A DNA stretch of 64,000 nucleotides from the human T2T-CHM13v2.0 reference genome, Homo sapiens. This document shows, one piece after another, positions 56,851 through 64,000 of the stretch. Below the pieces are notes generated by a model, which did not search any database, was not told the origin of the DNA, and was given only the letters and a program-made list of their open reading frames with translations. Position 1 is the first letter of the stretch. Each line of letters starts with the position of its first letter. The stretch is taken from the NCBI RefSeq assembly GCF_009914755.1, contig NC_060937.1. One strand, 5' to 3'. Made by a program: the position numbers and the translations under genes.

Positions 56851-58214
56851 TGAAGTATTAATTTTAAACTTAAACACTTTTAAGACTCAAAGAAAGGCAT
56901 CTCTGGTGAGGAGTCTGTAGGTTTTGAGAGAATAGAAGAAATATTTTGAAACTATTCTCTTCCTTTACTGTTCCAATAATGTTTTGTAGGTAATTGGCAT
57001 TCTTATGATCTATTAGAATTGATTAAGTAACAATCTAATAATTACCAACAAGATATTAACTGCTAGTGATATCTTGGTACAGTTCTTGTTTTCAGAGATA
57101 TTACATTTATTTTATTAATATATCTGTGTGAAGGAATAATTTTATAGACATAGGCTCTATTAAAAAATAAAATTAGTATAATTCATAAAATTTTTGAAGT
57201 ACTAAGTGAGGCAATAAAACTCATTCTAATGTCAACAATGTATTTATCTCAACGAATAAAATACCTCTGTTTATCATAATAAATGTAATGACCATAGCTA
57301 GCTGAAATTTTAATTCTTATTTAATTGAAAATCCATGAAAAATGAAACTACTCCATGTTATGCACTATTCCTATTTGTAAGGTGATTATATCTCACACGC
57401 AAAGTTCCTTCTTTGATTTCAATTTGATAGTTATGCCTTCTGTGATATTTATAAGCAATTAACATCTTGAATATATGGTTAAATATTTTAAAATAATAAA
57501 AATAACTGATCTTGAAATAAATTTAGAAATGTTTCCCTGATCAATATTGCTGAGTCTTCAAATATATTATTGGGTTGTCCTTTAATGGCTTCAGAAACTA
57601 CTAGACTTTTTCCTCATTAGAATTTAGGATTGCAGAAGTTGTGTAAATAAACACTTTTCAGTTACCCAAAACAGTGAGGCATAAATATGAACAAAGGGAT
57701 GGCGTATTAAGTCTCATGAATACTAGAACCTAAATATCTGATTTGCCCCCTAAATAACCATATGACCATGATACAATGAAAACATTAGGGAAAGATTTAA
57801 TTTGTTATTACATTTGTGAACTATTGTTGATTAGTTCTATTTAACACATGATTTAGTGATTTTTGTGTCTATTAAATGTAAAACTTTATTGTTTATTTAA
57901 GCACTGGTAACCTTTTTATAAACAAATTCACCCTATTTTTCTTAGACATATACAGAAAATATTGTTGTTTCTTGTGTCTTCTGTAAGACAATAATTTTAA
58001 TTGTCTATGATAGTATTTTCTCTTCTCTGTTTATTATCCCATTCCTCCCTGTGATTTTAGCTAAAAATCTCTCTAAGTGGAAGTGTGTCATAAGTGTACC
58101 TAGGTGAAATTCCTCCTATGATTCTATACCTAATTTCCAACGGGATATTTGCACCTAAATGCTGCACTTATACTTCAAACTCAGGAAGTCTAAAACCAAT
58201 TATCTCAGGGGTAA

Positions 58215-58640
58215 ATTTAATAGTGGTGAAGTGTGCAGACTCAGGAGACAGGAAGCTGTTTTTAAGTTCTTATGCTGACATTTACTAAAATCAAGATCAT
58301 AAGCATACTCTCCTCATAAGATTAAAGACTAAATGACTTATTGTGTATATAAAGCACTTGAAATGGTGTTTCTACAGAATAAGCACTCAATTATTTCAGG
58401 CAAAATGGTAAAAGAGTGTTGTGATTAAGAATTTAGGAATTAGTCTGACAGTCTGGGTTAATTTCTGTTTCTGACAGTAGCTTTGGGACAATGCACAAAA
58501 TATTTGAACTGATTTTGCCTCAGTTTCTTTTTTGTTAAAATTAAAATAATATTAGTTCATAGCCCATATTTTGCTGTGAAGATTAAAAGATTTAGCACAT
58601 TTATAAACATTAAAGATTTCTGATATATAATGTATCCTTA
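58215..58640 (+). mobile_element. Two adjacent MIR fragments
   Basis: ATAGTGGTGAAGTGTGCAGACTCAGGAG; TGCCTCAGTTTCTT..TGTTAAAAT; GTGAAGATTAAA. Confidence 0.55.
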
Positions 58641-59312
58641 GAATCTCTGATTATTATTCCAATACATATTACATTCTTTTCCTGATTTTCCCCTTTTCCA
58701 TCAATGACCCAGACATCTTTTTTGCCTTTATTTATTTGCATTACAGTAAATATTTATCTTTATGCTCTTTCACGCTGGTTAGCCATATCGGTTGCCATGT
58801 TTAATGCATTCTACTTTTCCTTCTTTTTTTCTTAATTATTTCATTGTATTCCCATTCTATCTAATAAAGTTTAGGTTATGATTACCTTTCGAATGGAAGT
58901 AGTTTCTTCACATCTTCATTCAGTTAGTTCATCTGTAGTCACTTCTACTTGTAACTGCCTGATTATCCTCTGAAGAGAACAACATATATTTTGGTTCTTA
59001 TCTGTTCAAAGCTTAAGAATAGTTCCCTAATGCCCAGTTGACTCTCATATAAAGTCCAAATTTTGTAGGCTGAAACAAAAGGTTTTTTATGTAGCCCTAT
59101 TACCTATTTCTCTTAAAATATTACTTTTTTTTGAGATTAAAGAAATAAGATATTCCTGGGACTCAATATCCTTCCATATTTCCTCTCAGTCACTCTACTT
59201 CTCACTTCGTGAAGTTAACTCTTAATGTGATTTAAGGAACTGTTCATTAATTGTGCTTGTTTTTAAATTTCTAATAATGAGATTATGCAGTATGTATCAT
59301 TTTCTGGCTGAG

Positions 59313-59656
<344 letters not shown>

Positions 59657-61959
59657 TAGAGTGTTTAATTTTTCTCTTAATCAAGCAAATTTAGCCATTT
59701 TTGTGTACTATTTAAGCCTTAGCTAAAATATCAACTTCCTCCTGAAGTTTTCTATCATGTTCTCTTATATAAAATACATTTTCCTCATTTGTATTGTATT
59801 TGCTTTATTTGTACCCAATCCATATGTAACAACTTACAATGTATATGTTCTATTTCCTTAAGTATTACATGTCTCAAAATGCTTATACTGTGCATGTCCA
59901 GTACATCTTTATCATGAGCATACATGAATGAAATAAATAGATTTATTCAGATTTATTTCTTAAGAACTTTTAGCTCAAGGGTAAGTAAAGTATCACATTT
60001 TTCAGCTCAAATTTTATTTAGGTTACCTGTACCTAGATCGAATATTGCAAATACATTCAAATTTAAATAGTTAAAACTATAAGAGTTGATAGCAGATATC
60101 ACCTACTATTTTTATGGCAGGTTTTATCAATATATGACAACCAAAAGTTATGAAAATATGCCCACTAACTGTAACAAATTGCTGTGGCTGCAATGTGACT
60201 ACATTTTCTGTTTGCATTGTGGGATACCTGGTGTTCTAATATTATAAGCTTGTTATATGAAATTTTCAAGGTGAGATAATACTTACGCTTAAGGTACAAG
60301 GTATGCCTAGGCTATAGATTTTTAAGCTTGTTCTGTAAAAGATTTATAAGTAGCCAATAACTGACCATAATCATTTTTTTATTTGTCCAACTGGTTTCAC
60401 CATCACACCAACTTTAACTTAATTAGGCTTTCTACATACTTATTTATGTCATCATATTTCTTTTTATTGAGGTCATAATTTAAATGAATCTTTGAACATT
60501 TGACATCTATCATCAGTATCTAAGAAAAAAGATTTGTTGTCACATTGTGACTCAATAGAGTTGTTTAAATAAAATTTATAAATTAAGGAAAGAATTACAA
60601 ATTCATTTCTATAAACATATCGAAATGTGAGGTTTCTCAAAACATCTGAATGACATAAGGGAATCTACTATTTCCCAATTCAGTTTCTTTACTCTCTCTC
60701 TGTGTATATTTACACAAGAAGATTTGTTTCATTGGGTCATTATTTCAACAATTAATTATTTAGCACCCTCTTCCTCAAGAAAATTTGGCACCCTAAATGG
60801 TGCCAAAAGAGACATGTAAATTTTTATATTTATAATACAATTGAAAACAACCTTGAAGAAGATTGCCCAGGACACAGGAAGCCCCCAAGAAAGTAGACTC
60901 ATTTGATGTGCCTCAGATTTGGAAATGGGGTTAAGAGAGGTTTTGGAAAGGATGAAAGAATATTAACTAGAAATCAAAAAATGTCATTTGGCTTATCAGA
61001 GTAAGAATAGTAACAATTTAGGAGAATGAAAGATATAGGCTTAGAAATCTGTAGCATTGTTTATTGCCCTATATATTTCTAGCAAATTTCTAAGCTGGTG
61101 GAGGAAAATTAAAAAAAAAAAAAACGAGAAAGAAAATAACATTAATATAGTCAGACAAAGCACATCTCCTGGTCCTGTTATGTTTTCTAAAGGACTTGAA
61201 GTATCAAGGTCTTGTAGACTATCCTTAAATCTCTTATTCCTCAAATCTCAATATACCATGACCTCATACACAGAATTGCCAAGGTTTCTGCTATTTTCAG
61301 CATCCTTCTACATTTATTGTTCCACCTCTACTCTCCATAGAGGATGATTATAAAAGATTAAATTGTTTCATTTGAGTTTTTTCTTTTGTTGTTTTTCCCC
61401 ACAGAGAACTGCATTTCCCCCAAATCTGTGTGAAATTAAGTTACACTGACGCTGAAGCAGCATATACATTGACACCCCTGTCCTACCAAGATATAACACC
61501 TTTAATTAAAAAATGTATAAGGACACACAGAAAGTTAAATATAATGTATCAGAACAAATAGCAGTTGGAAAAATGCATAAGGTGGAAAGTTCACTAAGAT
61601 TAGAGGGAACTAATACACAATAATGCCTTTATTGTCCATCATGTGAAAGACCAACCTAGAAGGAACTCAAAGATTGGAGAGTGTTGAGCTAAGAGGAAAA
61701 AAACAAGGGAAAGAATTTTCAAAAAACTACTCAAATTGGTCTGGTTGATAACAAAGAGGTATAAAATGAAGGCTAAGGAAACAGGATTTCCATCTATTTA
61801 AAATAGTTTAAAAACAGGATATTAAGAAATGAGATTTACAAAATTGGGCAGATTAGCAGAGTGCATTTGATTAAATTCAGCCAAGGGAAAGAAAACTGTA
61901 GAGAAGAGTCAGAAAATGACCTCTTTCAATGATGGTGTTACTTGAAATTTACTTAATTA

Positions 61960-62175
61960 GGAAACAGTATACAATATAATGATATAAATATGAGTTTTAG
62001 AGTCAGGTAAGCTCTGACCCTTTTATAAAATGTTTTTATAAGCAAATTTTTTTAACAATGTGTAACCCCTAGTTCCTTCATCAATGAAGCATAGATAATC
62101 ACACTGGGCTACTGGGAATATTAAAAGAAGTAATGAATGCAACTATTAACATAATGAGAAGTCCAGCACCTGGTT
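61960..62175 (+). mobile_element. MIR fragment
   Basis: TTTTAGAGTCAG, CCTAGTTCCTTCATCAATGAA, GAATATTAAAAGAAGTAATGAATG. Confidence 0.5.
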
Positions 62176-62186
62176 AAAAACCTATG

Positions 62187-63364
62187 TGTAACTTTTCAGG
62201 CCAGACCTCAGGCAATGACAAAGCCTTTACCTGACAGGCCTCAGAGGGGTGAACTACCCTCCAAACACACCAGACTTGGTGCATAGCCAGTCCATTATAG
62301 TCTTCAAGGGAAGTTACATCCAAGGACTCCAGCTGGTCATGCCGGTCATGCATATATGCTGTCACGCCTATTTACATTATTTGCTGCTAGCTCCAACACC
62401 TTTATTCCTTTAGTCCTAGGCCTCTTATATGAGGCCTTGCACCTCGGATCACTTCAGACATCTCTACAGAGGCCTTTTTGTGGGAGAAGAAGAGGGAAAC
62501 CTTGATCCTTCTCTCAATCTGACTCAGTAGTTAGTACTTTTCCACCCGTAGCCCTCCCTTCCTGGTACCTCCCGAAACCTCAGGGGCCATAACGCTGCCA
62601 GAGTCTTTTATCTGGACTTCCTGAACAGCAAGATGACCTCCAGGTCTTCGCTGATCTACCTGGCCCCCACCTGTGTGTCATTGCATGGGGTAAAGACAAC
62701 AGGGAGAGTTGCCCTTTACTCTAATGTTAGCCTCTTGATACTATCAATTCAACAATTGACTAAAGGCTTAACTCTCTCATTTTGGGCTTATTGCTTTAAC
62801 TGACAACATCTTGTTAGGGGTGATAGTTACCCGTATGGGTCTACAGCAACCTCAGTTCTTGCCTTCTCAGAAGAAAGGATTCAACTGAGGGGCATAAGGC
62901 AGAAAGAGAGACCGAAGCAAGTTTTAAAGCAGAAGTGAAAGTTTATTAAAAAGCTTTAGAGCAGTAAGAAAAGGAAGGTACACTTGGAAGAGGGCCAAGC
63001 AGGCAACTTGAACTTGAGACACCAAGTGCACAGCTTTACCTCTTTACTTGGGGTTTTTTACGTTGGCTTACTTCTGGGATCTTGCATTACTTCTCCCACT
63101 CCTGCAATCTTATTGGGAAGCTGCTGATCCATTTCAGTTATTTTCTATCTATTAGGAGACCGCCCTTCCCTGGCGCCAGCTGTGACCAATTATTACTTTA
63201 GAGAAACAGTTAATGACAGCCTGACCATCACCTGATGGTCGCCTGACACTCCTGATGTGTGTTGGGGGAAGCGCTCTCCTGCCCTGCTCATGGCTTACTA
63301 GCTACCTACTGTAACAACCTGGCAGATCAGCCTGTTCTCCCCCAAGCTGACCTGAGCAGAAACA
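62187..63364 (+). mobile_element. Old ERVL-class LTR (MER74/MER73/MER54-group-like) split by MER66
   Basis: TGTAAC...AACA ends; 3' segment TAAAGGCTTAACT..TTGGGCTTATTGCTTTAACTGAC resumes after the insertion as ACCTGGCAG...; resembles the 3' part of 1810-2383. Confidence 0.55.
62812..63316 (-). mobile_element. MER66-like ERV1 solo LTR
   Basis: Reverse complement starts TGTTACAGTAGGTAGCTAGTAAGCCATGAGCAGGGCAGGAGAG; GACCATCAGGTGATGGTCAGGC motif; flanks ATCT/ACCT. Confidence 0.85.
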
Positions 63365-64000
63365 TAATGTCTTATCCAGAGTAAATATTTCTCAGTGGTT
63401 AAATTGAAACCCAGAAAAAAATTACAGAGGGTGAGACCCACAGAAATAGATTTGAGATGTAAGAAATATTGGTATCTATTACCTGACCATTATATCTACT
63501 GTGGAAATATGTTGAAAACTTATTGCCTACCTCAGAGTAGAAACTTAGTAGGAGATTCAGTAATGAACATGGATTTGAAATTCTGTGAGATTGAGCACTT
63601 CCTCACAATTGAAATTGAAGCTCCTATATAATCTTTATTGTCAGTGTTCTATTTGCAGTGATCTAATTGCCAAGGCCTGTCCCAGGCAATCTGGCATTGA
63701 ATCAAAAGACAGTGTATGTGCCTTTAAATCAATGGTTAATGCTAAAGTGGATATGGGATGTTATATTACTATTAGAAATATAATGCAAGTACTTCACAGA
63801 TTCATTAGAATTTTGTGTTTTTCTCCTGAGAAAACACAACATTCTGCTTCTATTCAGAATTAGATAACTATGATTAAAATATTTTGTTTTGTTTTCATCC
63901 AACCAGTAATTTCTCCCAAAATGTTATTCAGAAATAGTAACCTTCTTTAGTCTGAGACCCACTTATGCATACAAATACAAAAGACAATTAACAAACAAAA

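Overview
AT-rich primate (human-like) genomic DNA dominated by interspersed repeats: ~10 Alus, L1 fragments of several ages (L1PA4/5, L1PA8, L1PB4, L1M), MaLR/ERV elements (MSTA, THE1A, MLT1s, MLT2/ERVL, LTR37, LTR27-like, MER66), DNA-transposon fossils (MER102, MER20, MER44, MER3, MER5, MADE1), MIR/L2 and microsatellites. I see no credible intact protein-coding gene; the supplied ORFs are repeat-derived or chance. Two retrocopies are recognisable: a frameshifted processed pseudogene of BBIP1 (~22.65-22.89 kb, absent from the ORF track) and a 3'-truncated tailless 7SK copy (~54.28-54.51 kb). The most unusual signals are several locally templated rearrangements (an inverted ~70-bp copy inside an L1, a direct ~75-bp copy, a fold-back inside an Alu), an ERVL relic with internal-LTR-internal order, and one target site apparently hit twice (L1PA8, then AluY). 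I found no support for a novel multi-gene biological system. Family and subfamily names come from recalled consensus sequences and need RepeatMasker/Dfam confirmation.
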